Source of the DNA: Planctomycetota bacterium
Lineage (GTDB): Bacteria > Planctomycetota > UBA11346
DNA: 39,563 bases
Direction: 5' to 3'
Assembly (NCBI GenBank): GCA_038213805.1
Contig: JBBQSO010000048.1
Coordinates: 1-39,563 of the forward strand
Shown here: piece by piece, positions 1-9,054 of the stretch
Layout of the letters: every line of letters starts with the position of its first letter
Numbering within the stretch: the stretch's first letter is position 1
Position numbers and translations under genes: made by a program
Notes under the pieces: generated by a model
What the model was told of the DNA's origin: nothing
Databases searched by the model: none
What the model saw: the letters and a program-made list of their open reading frames with translations, nothing else

Positions 1-90
1 CTTCGCTTTCCAAGCCTATCGCCTTCAACCCTGCGGCCTGGTCTCACCACCAGCCGCTCAGGGGTGCAAACGCACCCAAGTGAGAACATC

Positions 91-444
91 GTGGAACTCT
101 ACGTAGGCAATCTTCCCTGGTCCGTCACCGATGAGAGCCTCAGCGCCCTCTTCGCCAAGCACGGCGCCGTCACCCGCGCCAAGGTCGTCATGGACCGCGA
201 GAGCGGCCGCAGCCGCGGCTTCGGCTTCGTGACCATGACCAATGATGCCGAAGGCACCGCGGCGATCGCCGCGACCAACGGCAGCCAGCTCGATGGCCGC
301 GCGGTCAACGTGCGCCAGGCTGAAGAGCGCGCCAGCGGCGGCGGCGGCGGCCATGGCGGCGGCGGCGGCGGCGGTGGTGGCTACGGCGGCGGCTCGGGCG
401 GCGGCGGCGGCGGCGGGTACGGCGGTGGCCGTCGCGATCGCTGA
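91..444 (+). CDS. RNA-binding protein (RRM/RNP-1) with Gly-rich C-terminal tail
   Basis: RNP-2 LYVGNL, RNP-1 RGFGFVTM and a poly-Gly/Tyr tail. GTG at 91 is preferred over the ORF-track start at 64. Confidence 0.93.
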   Translation: MELYVGNLPWSVTDESLSALFAKHGAVTRAKVVMDRESGRSRGFGFVTMTNDAEGTAAIAATNGSQLDGRAVNVRQAEERASGGGGGHGGGGGGGGGYGGGSGGGGGGGYGGGRRDR

Positions 445-482
445 ATCTGTCTGACGTCCGCCACGCGGCGGATGCATGCACC

Positions 483-520
483 AATCGTTGGCGGGGACAT
501 CCCCGCCAACGATTTTTTTT
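483..520 (+). terminator. Rho-independent terminator of the RRM gene
   Basis: Perfect stem AATCGTTGGCGGGG / CCCCGCCAACGATT with ACAT loop, followed by a T run. Confidence 0.9.
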
Positions 521-632
521 GATCAGTTAGGACACTGGCATCGCTCGACTCACGCGAGCGGAACCGGCGTCGAGTTCCCAGCCACAGCGCGCGACGCAAC
601 CCATGCGGCGTCGCACGCGTTCTTCCGCAACC

Positions 633-1097
633 CTACTTCCCGTGGCAGCTGCGCTCCTGCCCGGCCCAGGTGTCGAGCGCCACGCCCGTCTCAAGGAAGC
701 TCTTCAGGCTCGACAGCACGCGCGGCCAGCCGCCGGAAATGCTCGTGGCCATGTCAGATCCTTCCACCAACTGGTCATGGGTGACGCTCAGGCGGACCAT
801 GCCCTGGATGTCGTCGATCGCGAAGGTGACGCGCGAATGCTTGACCTCATCGCCGAAATCGTCCGGCAGCACCCAGGACAGCACCAGGCGCTTGGGCGGC
901 ACACTCTCGCGCACCAGACCGGTGCAGACGGTGGTGCCGTTCGGCGTGCGGTGCTCCCAGCGAGAACCCGCCTGCCAGTCCGAGAAGTTGGCGTTGCCCC
1001 AGTACTTGCTGGCGAACTCCGGCGTGGTGATCGCCGTCCACACCTTCTCGGGCGTGGACTTGATGTAGGTGGTGTAGTGGAATTCGGTGGTGTTCAT
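633..1097 (-). CDS. SRPBCC/AHSA1 (START-like) domain protein
   Basis: YTTYIKSTPEKVWTAIT...PPKRLVLSW...GWPRVLSSLKSFLETG. Its start overlaps the ArsR stop (ATGA). Confidence 0.9.
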   Translation of the reverse strand: MNTTEFHYTTYIKSTPEKVWTAITTPEFASKYWGNANFSDWQAGSRWEHRTPNGTTVCTGLVRESVPPKRLVLSWVLPDDFGDEVKHSRVTFAIDDIQGMVRLSVTHDQLVEGSDMATSISGGWPRVLSSLKSFLETGVALDTWAGQERSCHGK

Positions 1098-1417
1098 GGC
1101 CGGTCTCCTTCGAGGACTTGTTTGAGGTGGTGCAACGCTGCGAGGTGATCGGCCTGGAAGCGGCCGATCCAGCGCAAGGCGATGTCGTGGATCGGGACGG
1201 GATTGAGGTGGTGGAACTTTTCGCGCCCGCGGCGCACGCTCACCACCAGGTTGGCTTCTTCCAGGATGGCGAGGTGCTTCGACACCGCCTGACGGCTCAT
1301 GTCGTGCCCTTCGCAGAGCTGGCCAAGGGCCAGCCCTCCCTCGTCACGCAGACGATCGAGAATGAGCCGTCGGCTGGCATCCGCGAGCGCCTTGAAGACG
1401 AGGTCGTCCGTGGTCAT
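1094..1417 (-). CDS. ArsR/SmtB family transcriptional regulator
   Basis: VFKALADASRRLILDRL...MSRQAVSKHLAILEEANLV...GREKFHHLNPVPI. ATG at 1417, probably leaderless. Confidence 0.92.
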   Translation of the reverse strand: MTTDDLVFKALADASRRLILDRLRDEGGLALGQLCEGHDMSRQAVSKHLAILEEANLVVSVRRGREKFHHLNPVPIHDIALRWIGRFQADHLAALHHLKQVLEGDRP

Positions 1418-1422
1418 GGGGG

Positions 1423-1451
1423 CTTTATGCAACCATTTGGTTGCCTGTCAA
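1423..1451 (-). promoter_or_regulatory. Promoter and palindromic operator of the ArsR-SRPBCC operon
   Basis: TTGACA on the minus strand (1446-1451). The palindrome GCAACCA-TT-TGGTTGC (1429-1444) fills the spacer. The -10 box is weak. Confidence 0.7.
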
Positions 1452-1623
1452 TCACGAGTTCGAGGCCCGCCCCATCAACCCTATGATCGCGACCGCACGG
1501 CACGGGCATCCGCGCAGGCGGAAACGGCCCTTCCGGGGCCCCTACCTCGATATTCACAGACACCTTCCCAGGCCCTATTCCATTCTTCCCATGCTCGCTC
1601 CCCGACCACCGGAACGCCGTGCC

Positions 1624-2958
1624 ATGCCTGCTCATCGACCCCTTGGATTCGCATTACTGGTGCGCACCTGCTTCGTGCTCGTCACGTCCAGCGTCTGCTT
1701 GGCCGCCGTCGAGCCGCCCCCTGCTGCGAACGATCCCGCCACCATCGTCCCCCTCAGCAAGGCCACCTTCTTCCTCTTCGAGGACTTCGAGTCGACGGAG
1801 CCCGGCAAGATCCCCAAGGCCTTCACCCCGGTCGGTTCCGTGGCCGTGGTGGATGACGTGGCCCACACCGGCCGACATGCCCTGCGCCTGAACGCCGCCG
1901 TCAACGGCGCGCGGCAGATCGTCTGGAAGGGCCCGCAGCTGACCGCCATGGGCGGCGAGCACTGGGGCCGCCTCTTCTACCGCGTGCAGCTGCCCTCGCC
2001 CCTGCCCGCCGGCGGCGGCATCCACACCACCATCGTGGTCGGAGCCGGTCTGAGTCCGCTTGCCAAGGACAAGTACGAAGTGCGCCTGATGGGCACCAGC
2101 ACCCGCGCCGATGGCGCGTTCACCTACCTGTACAATGTGCAGCCCTCGCAGGGCCGGGCGGAATTCGGCAAGGGTTCAGGACAGGTCAACCACTACAGCG
2201 ACAACTGGACCCTGGCGGAGTGGTACGTCGATTACGCGACGCAGACCTACCGCTTCTTCATCGACGGCAAGGAGCTCACCGACCTCGCCATCCACAAGGG
2301 CGCGAACGCCTTCGCCGGCGTCGAGATCCCGCAGGTGTTCGATTCGCTCGCCTTCGGCTGGCAGAACTACCAGGCGGCCGCCGGCAGCGGCTTCACCACC
2401 TGGATCGACGACATCGCGCTGACCAAGGAGCGCATCGGCGGCCAGAAGCAGATCAAGCAGGACGAGCCGATGCGTTTTGCGCCGGCGTTCACCCCGCCCG
2501 CCACCGATCCGAAGGTGGCCAAGGTCGAGGACGCGATCGCCAAGGGCCACGTCGGCCACGGTATCAAGGATCTGGAGAAGCTCAGCACCGACAAGGACGC
2601 GAAGGTCGCCGACTGCGCCAAGGCCAGCCTGGCGGTGATCCAGACCTGGAAGGAGCAGAACGACGCCGAATACACGCGCCTGAAAGACTCAGGCGACGTC
2701 TACACCGCCGCCGAGCTCGCCGCCGGAATGGCGACCAGCTACGCGGGCCACGACGCCGCCAAGGACTACCAAGAGCAGGCCGCCACCCTCAAGAAGGACC
2801 CCGCCTATCCCGCCGGCAAGGAATTCCAGAAACTGGCCGAATTTCCTGCCGATCAGCTCAAGGACCCGCGTTTCGTGAAGATGCTCAGGGCGTTCGCGAA
2901 GAAATATCCGATGGGGTATTATTTCGATCTGGCGCAGGCGCTGCTGCCCGACAAGTGA
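1624..2958 (+). CDS. Secreted hypothetical protein: N-terminal beta-sandwich (ConA/Cip1-like) domain plus helical C-terminal domain
   Basis: Signal-peptide-like N-terminus; FEDFES...AHTGRHAL...WIDDIAL pattern of lectin/lyase-like folds; GC3-biased codons. Confidence 0.6.
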   Translation: MPAHRPLGFALLVRTCFVLVTSSVCLAAVEPPPAANDPATIVPLSKATFFLFEDFESTEPGKIPKAFTPVGSVAVVDDVAHTGRHALRLNAAVNGARQIVWKGPQLTAMGGEHWGRLFYRVQLPSPLPAGGGIHTTIVVGAGLSPLAKDKYEVRLMGTSTRADGAFTYLYNVQPSQGRAEFGKGSGQVNHYSDNWTLAEWYVDYATQTYRFFIDGKELTDLAIHKGANAFAGVEIPQVFDSLAFGWQNYQAAAGSGFTTWIDDIALTKERIGGQKQIKQDEPMRFAPAFTPPATDPKVAKVEDAIAKGHVGHGIKDLEKLSTDKDAKVADCAKASLAVIQTWKEQNDAEYTRLKDSGDVYTAAELAAGMATSYAGHDAAKDYQEQAATLKKDPAYPAGKEFQKLAEFPADQLKDPRFVKMLRAFAKKYPMGYYFDLAQALLPDK

Positions 2959-3018
2959 CGCGGCCGGTACGGCGATGGCGTGGAGCGGCCGGGCGCGGTC
3001 AGCGAGGGGCCGGGTCTG

Positions 3019-3966
3019 CTAATCGCCCCACTTCCAGGAATCCATGATGGTCTTCATCGGGACCTGCACGTCGATGCTCTCGATGGCGCACGCCATGAGC
3101 AGGTACAGCTGGCCCTTGGTGACCGCGGCCAGGACCATTTGCGGCTGATCCATGGTCTTCGCATCGGTCCTGCCGACGACGCAGTCGACGCCATCGAGTT
3201 TCGCGTACTCGTACTGCACGATGTTCAGCGTGTCGCCGGCGAAACTGAACAGGAGGACGTCCAGCCGGTCGCTGAGCGATCGCGCGACGTCCGCCACGTC
3301 GACTTTGATGATGCCGCTGTGGATCCTGGCGATGGGCGCCAGGATGGCCTTGGTCTTGGCCCGGTCGGGCCTGCCCGAGAACCAGCCACCCGGGATCCCA
3401 TGCTGGAAGCCCGCGAACTTCCCCACGGGGCAACCGGCTTCGCCGCTGATGCCCTCCAGGAACAGCGAGGTGTGCGGCGAGATCCGCCCGGGGGCCACGA
3501 CGCTGGCGAGGAAGGCGTGCCACGCATCGAGGGTGTGACCGTCGGCCTTCCCCGCATGGCAGAAGGTCAAGGTGAACATCTTGCCTCCGACCTCCTTGAA
3601 CGATGCGTTCTCAACCATGACCAGGGTCTTGTCGTCATTTTCCGCGTGGAACGACATCATGGGAATGGCGTTGAACACCTGGTCGTCGACGCTGGTCACC
3701 CGCATGCCGAGCTTGGCCGACGCTTCGGCGAAGCCCTCCATGGCCCCCTTCCGCTCCAGGAGGACATGGTGCGGATTGTCGATGCTGGTGATGGCCAGCA
3801 CCGACCTGCCATCCGCACTCGTGTACTTCTCGGTGTGCGGGTCCGTGCCGGTCACTTCTTTGGCCCATCCCGACGGCGCCGCGTAGTCCAGCACCCCATC
3901 GGCGGCTTCGGCGGCCTGGGCGCCCAGGAGCGCGATCAGCAGGAACTGGAGTGCGTGCGTGCGCAT
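3019..3966 (-). CDS. Secreted hypothetical protein, possibly two PsbP/DcrB-like repeats
   Basis: Start MRTHALQFLLIALLGAQAAEA looks like a signal peptide. The upstream extension to 4410 in the ORF track looks non-coding. Confidence 0.65.
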   Translation of the reverse strand: MRTHALQFLLIALLGAQAAEAADGVLDYAAPSGWAKEVTGTDPHTEKYTSADGRSVLAITSIDNPHHVLLERKGAMEGFAEASAKLGMRVTSVDDQVFNAIPMMSFHAENDDKTLVMVENASFKEVGGKMFTLTFCHAGKADGHTLDAWHAFLASVVAPGRISPHTSLFLEGISGEAGCPVGKFAGFQHGIPGGWFSGRPDRAKTKAILAPIARIHSGIIKVDVADVARSLSDRLDVLLFSFAGDTLNIVQYEYAKLDGVDCVVGRTDAKTMDQPQMVLAAVTKGQLYLLMACAIESIDVQVPMKTIMDSWKWGD

Positions 3967-4216
3967 ATCCCGAGCGATGCGAAGGTGACGAGGACCGCAG
4001 CCGATCCGGCGAGCATGCGCGACGACCGTCATTGGCAATTGGAAAGGGGCGCTGCTCAGCGGCGCTGGAGCTGCGCGAGCAGGGGCTGCGGCTGAGTGGC
4101 GTCGGACGGTCTCAGATGAAGGCAGCGGCTCCGCCGCGCTCTGGACAGCATTTCGCGGAAGGACCAAAACGCGTGAGCACGGCGTCGCGGCATGCCACTT
4201 GTGCGGATAGTCGGAG

Positions 4217-4383
4217 CGCAGATTCACAATGTAAGTGCAACAGCGCCCAAAACCAGAAGCCAGGGCCATCGAGCGGCATGGAATCGGCCCCAGCCAGGAG
4301 GGCGGAGCCCGATGACCTATCAGCAACTGACACTCGAGGAGCGACGCATCATGGTATCCTGAAAAAAACAGAATTTCTTCTGA
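4217..4383 (+). mobile_element. IS30-family remnant: left end plus truncated transposase N-terminus (4312-4362)
   Basis: End-like sequence GATTCACAATGTAAGTGCAACA, then AGGAGG and ATG at 4312 encoding MTYQQLTLEERRIMVS*KKQNFF*, which resembles the IS30 HTH start (YxQLTxEER). Confidence 0.65.
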
Positions 4384-4444
4384 ATGCGCGTCCTTTCCCT
4401 GAATTTCCATAGGCTACCCATGGGAACCGGATATTGATCCGATC

Positions 4445-7400
4445 TTATCCAATGGAGAAATCCGTGGTGGAATTGAGCATATTTTGAGCGCTTGGATCCT
4501 GCGATTCAATCAAAGCATCCCAGGCGTCGAGTGCTCGGCCACGGACCATTGTGTCATTCACTTGCTCCGCCTTTGCGGCCAGTGCAAGCAGGGCATTCAC
4601 GGCCAGCTCGGCATTTGATTCGCGCCGCCACTTCTCCTTTGGTGTCTGAGGATTCAGCGCGATAATATGATTGACCATGGTCAAAACTTCCGCTGATATG
4701 CTGACGATATCGCCCGATTTGCAACAAACCTCAAGCATATCGTGCGGATCATTGCGCGCTGCCGCACTCATTGCCATCCGTGGAAAGAATCCCGGAATGT
4801 CTAATAGGTGATCCGATTTATTCCGGAACATTCGCACCATAGCTTCGCCAACGGCCGCACTCGCGTCATTGGCAAATTTTATAGCGAGCTCTCGCATCCA
4901 TACGGCCGGAAATTTGTCTTCCACTAGGCCATCTGCCAGAGTCGAAGCAGCCGCTTCTCGGGCAGATTCAGAAATGTTCAATGCGACGAGGAGTCTGTCC
5001 TCTGTTATTTGGTCCCACGCGCGGAGAATGAGAGCCGATCGACCACCGCGACGAGAGATGCGATCGTCTCGCCCGATGAGAGCCAGCAGCGCCTCGATGG
5101 CCCGAGAGCGCTGGTCTGCCATCGCTTCGGTGGCGCGAGCCAGCACGAGAAGAGAATGGCCAATGTCATCTTCTGCTGCAACCTGGTCATCCATCGCCAC
5201 CGTCAGCAGCAGTGTATATGCACGATGTGGATCGGCTGACCTCGCGCGAATGGCAAGCATGCCCGCACTCGCACGTCGCCCAATGTCTTCGTGAGCGGTC
5301 AGGTCTCCGGCAATATTGAGACACCGCGGCCGTAGTGATTCGTGCTGCGAGGCAAGGCCTCCCAGTGCTTCGACGGCGCGACACGCGCGCTCGTTCAATC
5401 TGTAATTGATAAGTTCATCGTCTTCCTTCAGTGAAATTCCCGGAACTGCTTTACCGCGAGCGAGATCTTCCAGGCGCTTAACAACTGCCTCGCTCCACTC
5501 GTGCTTGGGCCGCAGGCGAGCCGCCTCGATGAGAGCGGGAGCGAGCTTTTCGCTCGCCAATATCCTAGGAATGAGAAGAATTTTCTCGACCGAGGCATCG
5601 TCAAGCGGCTCCCACGAGCCTCGGGGCGGCGGGCGATCCGGCGGAGTGATTTTGATAAGTCCGTCGATGACCGCTTCCAGCACTGCTTCCGGCAATGGAG
5701 GGACGGAAGCAAGGAACCGCTCCATTCCATCCATGAATTTATTGGGGTTTTTCGGAACAATATACCGCAACTGGCCGATGCGTGTACCCACATCGCCGGC
5801 AAGAACTATGTGCTCAGGACCTTCAGGAAACGTCCGCACTGCCGGAGATGCTGCATTCATCAACTTATCGATCCACTCGGGTACCGTAAGGGACAAAGCG
5901 GTCGAATCGTCGATATCGGATCTGACCCAACCCCCTCGGAATTGGATGCCATCTTCGTCCCGTGGCTTTTTATTTCCGAATCGCAATGTCAACGCCGCGA
6001 AGAGCTCGGTGGTTGTCGATGACCAGCGTCGCTGATCCATAGACGCGAGAAGCCGGAAGCAGATTTCGTTTGCCGCATCCAGGTCTTCGGTGGTTGGCGG
6101 ATTCGGACTCGTCGGGAGCGATCCCGGATGCGTCGGGTAGGCTGCCACCCACCGCTCAAGCGCGTGATGCATGGTGTCATCAAGGCGCGGGCAAATGGCA
6201 CGCAAGAAAAGTCGCGCATACTTGCTGTTTACAAAGTTTTGTCCTACCCCCAGCCGGCTGAGGGACGGGTCTGCCAAGAACCATGCGGCAGCCGCTGACA
6301 GGACACCGCTGGGAGCGGCATCGGCATCCAGCGCCGCTCCGACACGCAGCAAGAGCCAGTCATCAAGCGGGCGATGAGCCTCGGGGAGTTCAGACACAAG
6401 ATTTTCCCAGGTGATCTCAGCGGTGCCGAGAGCATGGGCCAGCACCTGGCTCAAGATGTCGACTACGACCACGATCACTGCGTCACTGCGCTTAGAGCCG
6501 TGCACGGTGCGATGGATTTGCCACAAGTGTTCCACATCGAACCGCGCCCAACGCGCGCGCAGCAATCGCCAGGTCTGCAGGCCAGTAATCCGAATGGAGT
6601 GAGGGAGGTTTTCCGGCCAACCGTGAAGCCAATCTGGAGGAGATCTTTCTATCAACTCCTCATTTTCCGCTAGGTCTATATGGTGGCTCAGGAGTCTGAG
6701 CGCGCGCATGGCATTAGCTTCCAGCAACTTTTCCCACTTGATATAATGATCGCGCAGGTGCTTGCCATCCGCATAGTGCTTCACGCGCAGCTCGAAAAGG
6801 CTTTCGCTGTCCTCGGAAGGATCCTGCAGGAAGACGATATCCGCCTGGGTAAGAACCGTGGGATCGTTCTGAAGCCATGCTCCGAGACAGGCAGCAACCA
6901 GATCTCCACGACTTCTCCCAACCGCAGCCAAGAGTCGGAGAAGGGAATTGCGTACTTCAGGACGTGCCGTTGGCCAAGCCTGCGTGATCCAAGGCTGAAG
7001 CGCGTCCATCCAGGCAACGCGATTATAGATGACCATCGCGAAAACCACGCCTTGATACTGCGGTTCCTCAAGCCACCCGACTATCTGGCGCACCCAACTC
7101 GGATCTGGCGCGTCGATCGCGGCGATTCCGAGCAGCATGGAACGCTTGAGCATAGGACGGATATCGCCACTCCTCAGGATATCGTTGCACAACGCGGAAC
7201 CCTGACGGCCGAGGTTGGCGAAAAGCAGTACTGCGAGACGGAGTCGGCGCGCATGATGGAGGCTTTGCTCTTGGCGGCTTCCGAGCCGGGCACGCAGATC
7301 AGCGAAGGACTGGACCTCGCTCCACTGGCGCGCAAGCCAGACATCGACCAGCACCTGGTGGAACGGACGAACCTGATCGCGTCCATCGACGAAGAGCACT

Positions 7401-8974
7401 CCGGAGGTGATAAGCGCATCTACCACGGATGACGGCTGTAGCCGGAGCCGATCGAGAGAGAGAAGGCCCGTACGCTCGACGCCATTCACGAGGGTATCCA
7501 TTATCTGGTCAGCCACGGAGCCATGAGGCTCTCTGAGACGTTCCCACCAACGCACGACAAGATCGAGGATGGTGCGCGTACGGGAATAATTCCCACCACG
7601 TCTCACCAGTTGCGCGAGCAAATGCAAGACAATGGGCCGGCGGGTGAGCGGCACCAGATCGGGATGCAACGTCGTGATGGCAATGCCGATTTCGCTCAGG
7701 ACCGCTGTGGCCTGGGATTCGGTAAGCACGCCGATCGGAACCTTCAAATAACGATCCGCAGAATCGGGGCACAGAACACGCCGTAGCTGCGTGTCGTGAT
7801 CCACGTCGATCGTGCGACACCCGACTATGACGACGATGTTGAGGGCCCTGGCGAGCTGGATCCACATCATGATCGGGATGAGGTGGTGTTGGGCGCGCTC
7901 CCCGGCGAGGGTCAGTTGGTCTAATTGGTCAATGATCAGACAGGCTCGGTATTCACCGGCGTAGGCCCTCAGCGAGCGGACAGGGTCACTGGATGATGTC
8001 CAGCTTGCGGCTTCTTCGGCACGCATGACGAGGAGCGGTATCTTGGCATCTTTGAGGCGCGAGATGGTTTGAAGGATTACCTCGGTCTTTCCGACGCCTG
8101 CAGGACCATGCACGATGATGGTTTGCGCACGTTCCGTGTCGCGCGCTGCATTCGCTACGACCTCGGATTCTGGCCTGGAAATGGACGTCAGGAGTCGCAC
8201 CGCACCAACAGACTGTAGAAACGCCGCAACCGTCGCATCCAAGACGACACCCATGCGGTCATTGGAAACGCGCGCGAGTAGGGGCACGTGGGATACTGCG
8301 AGGTGGTGGCGGACCATCTCGGTGGTCAGCGTCGTGGAAAGCGAGCTCCGAGCTAGGGCGAGAAGGGAGCTGATGAGCAAATCGGGGGCTGATGAAAGCG
8401 CGGTTGCGAGCACACGAATCTGCTCTTGCAGCGTCCTATGATCGACGACTTGGGCGCGCATGCGGCGTACGAGTCCATACGCCTCGACGACGTCTTCGGG
8501 GCGATTGGGATTCAAGCCGAACCCGTCAAAAACTTGCGCAATAAATCCTCCAACCTTCCCATCCGTTGCTGCCCATTGAGCTGGGCTTTCGACAGCATGC
8601 GCGGTCGCGATGACCGCTGTCAGCGATGGCGCGCTTTCATTGGAAGAAAAACGGAATTCCCCGGCAACCTTCTCGTCGCTCCTGGTGAGTTGCACCCGTG
8701 CGTAGGCAAGGACGCTCCTGCTTTTCGTCCCATTTTTCAACTGACGCTGCTTTTTGAGATCGGCCATGGTCCATGGCTCGGTGCTCTTGGTCTTATACTG
8801 GATAGCAATCCGCTCACGGCCGCGCGTAATCCAACAATCGACGCCCAGTCCATCCTGAAGCGACCCTTCCCAGAGAAGCGATTGTTCTTGTTCGTCGGCA
8901 ACCAGAAGGAGATGCCAGATGACACCGTCCTCCTCGTACCAGTTGCCAAGCTTATCGAAGATTCCTCCACTCAT
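4445..8974 (-). CDS. Large STAND/NACHT-like NTPase with N-terminal PD-(D/E)xK-type nuclease and long helical C-terminus (Avs/NLR-like defence candidate)
   Basis: N-terminal GGIFDKLGNWYE...GVDCW...AIQYK; Walker A GPAGVGKT (8084-8107); Walker B LIIDQLD; sensor VGCRT; RRPIVL; RPFHQVLVD. GGAGGA RBS lies before ATG 8974. GC is lower than the flanks. Confidence 0.8.
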   Translation of the reverse strand: MSGGIFDKLGNWYEEDGVIWHLLLVADEQEQSLLWEGSLQDGLGVDCWITRGRERIAIQYKTKSTEPWTMADLKKQRQLKNGTKSRSVLAYARVQLTRSDEKVAGEFRFSSNESAPSLTAVIATAHAVESPAQWAATDGKVGGFIAQVFDGFGLNPNRPEDVVEAYGLVRRMRAQVVDHRTLQEQIRVLATALSSAPDLLISSLLALARSSLSTTLTTEMVRHHLAVSHVPLLARVSNDRMGVVLDATVAAFLQSVGAVRLLTSISRPESEVVANAARDTERAQTIIVHGPAGVGKTEVILQTISRLKDAKIPLLVMRAEEAASWTSSSDPVRSLRAYAGEYRACLIIDQLDQLTLAGERAQHHLIPIMMWIQLARALNIVVIVGCRTIDVDHDTQLRRVLCPDSADRYLKVPIGVLTESQATAVLSEIGIAITTLHPDLVPLTRRPIVLHLLAQLVRRGGNYSRTRTILDLVVRWWERLREPHGSVADQIMDTLVNGVERTGLLSLDRLRLQPSSVVDALITSGVLFVDGRDQVRPFHQVLVDVWLARQWSEVQSFADLRARLGSRQEQSLHHARRLRLAVLLFANLGRQGSALCNDILRSGDIRPMLKRSMLLGIAAIDAPDPSWVRQIVGWLEEPQYQGVVFAMVIYNRVAWMDALQPWITQAWPTARPEVRNSLLRLLAAVGRSRGDLVAACLGAWLQNDPTVLTQADIVFLQDPSEDSESLFELRVKHYADGKHLRDHYIKWEKLLEANAMRALRLLSHHIDLAENEELIERSPPDWLHGWPENLPHSIRITGLQTWRLLRARWARFDVEHLWQIHRTVHGSKRSDAVIVVVVDILSQVLAHALGTAEITWENLVSELPEAHRPLDDWLLLRVGAALDADAAPSGVLSAAAAWFLADPSLSRLGVGQNFVNSKYARLFLRAICPRLDDTMHHALERWVAAYPTHPGSLPTSPNPPTTEDLDAANEICFRLLASMDQRRWSSTTTELFAALTLRFGNKKPRDEDGIQFRGGWVRSDIDDSTALSLTVPEWIDKLMNAASPAVRTFPEGPEHIVLAGDVGTRIGQLRYIVPKNPNKFMDGMERFLASVPPLPEAVLEAVIDGLIKITPPDRPPPRGSWEPLDDASVEKILLIPRILASEKLAPALIEAARLRPKHEWSEAVVKRLEDLARGKAVPGISLKEDDELINYRLNERACRAVEALGGLASQHESLRPRCLNIAGDLTAHEDIGRRASAGMLAIRARSADPHRAYTLLLTVAMDDQVAAEDDIGHSLLVLARATEAMADQRSRAIEALLALIGRDDRISRRGGRSALILRAWDQITEDRLLVALNISESAREAAASTLADGLVEDKFPAVWMRELAIKFANDASAAVGEAMVRMFRNKSDHLLDIPGFFPRMAMSAAARNDPHDMLEVCCKSGDIVSISAEVLTMVNHIIALNPQTPKEKWRRESNAELAVNALLALAAKAEQVNDTMVRGRALDAWDALIESQDPSAQNMLNSTTDFSIG

Positions 8975-9054
8975 GGGATATCCTCCAGGGCCGTAGCGAT
9001 ACCGTGCCAAGGAATGAGACGATCGACACCGAGGGGGCGTACGTCGTCACCTCC

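Noticed and set aside
335..430. GGC tandem repeats
   Set aside because: They encode the ordinary poly-Gly tail of the RRM protein, not an array.
3967..4410. N-terminal extension of the 463-aa ORF
   Set aside because: Low coding character, overlaps the IS30 scar, and a signal peptide begins at 3966.
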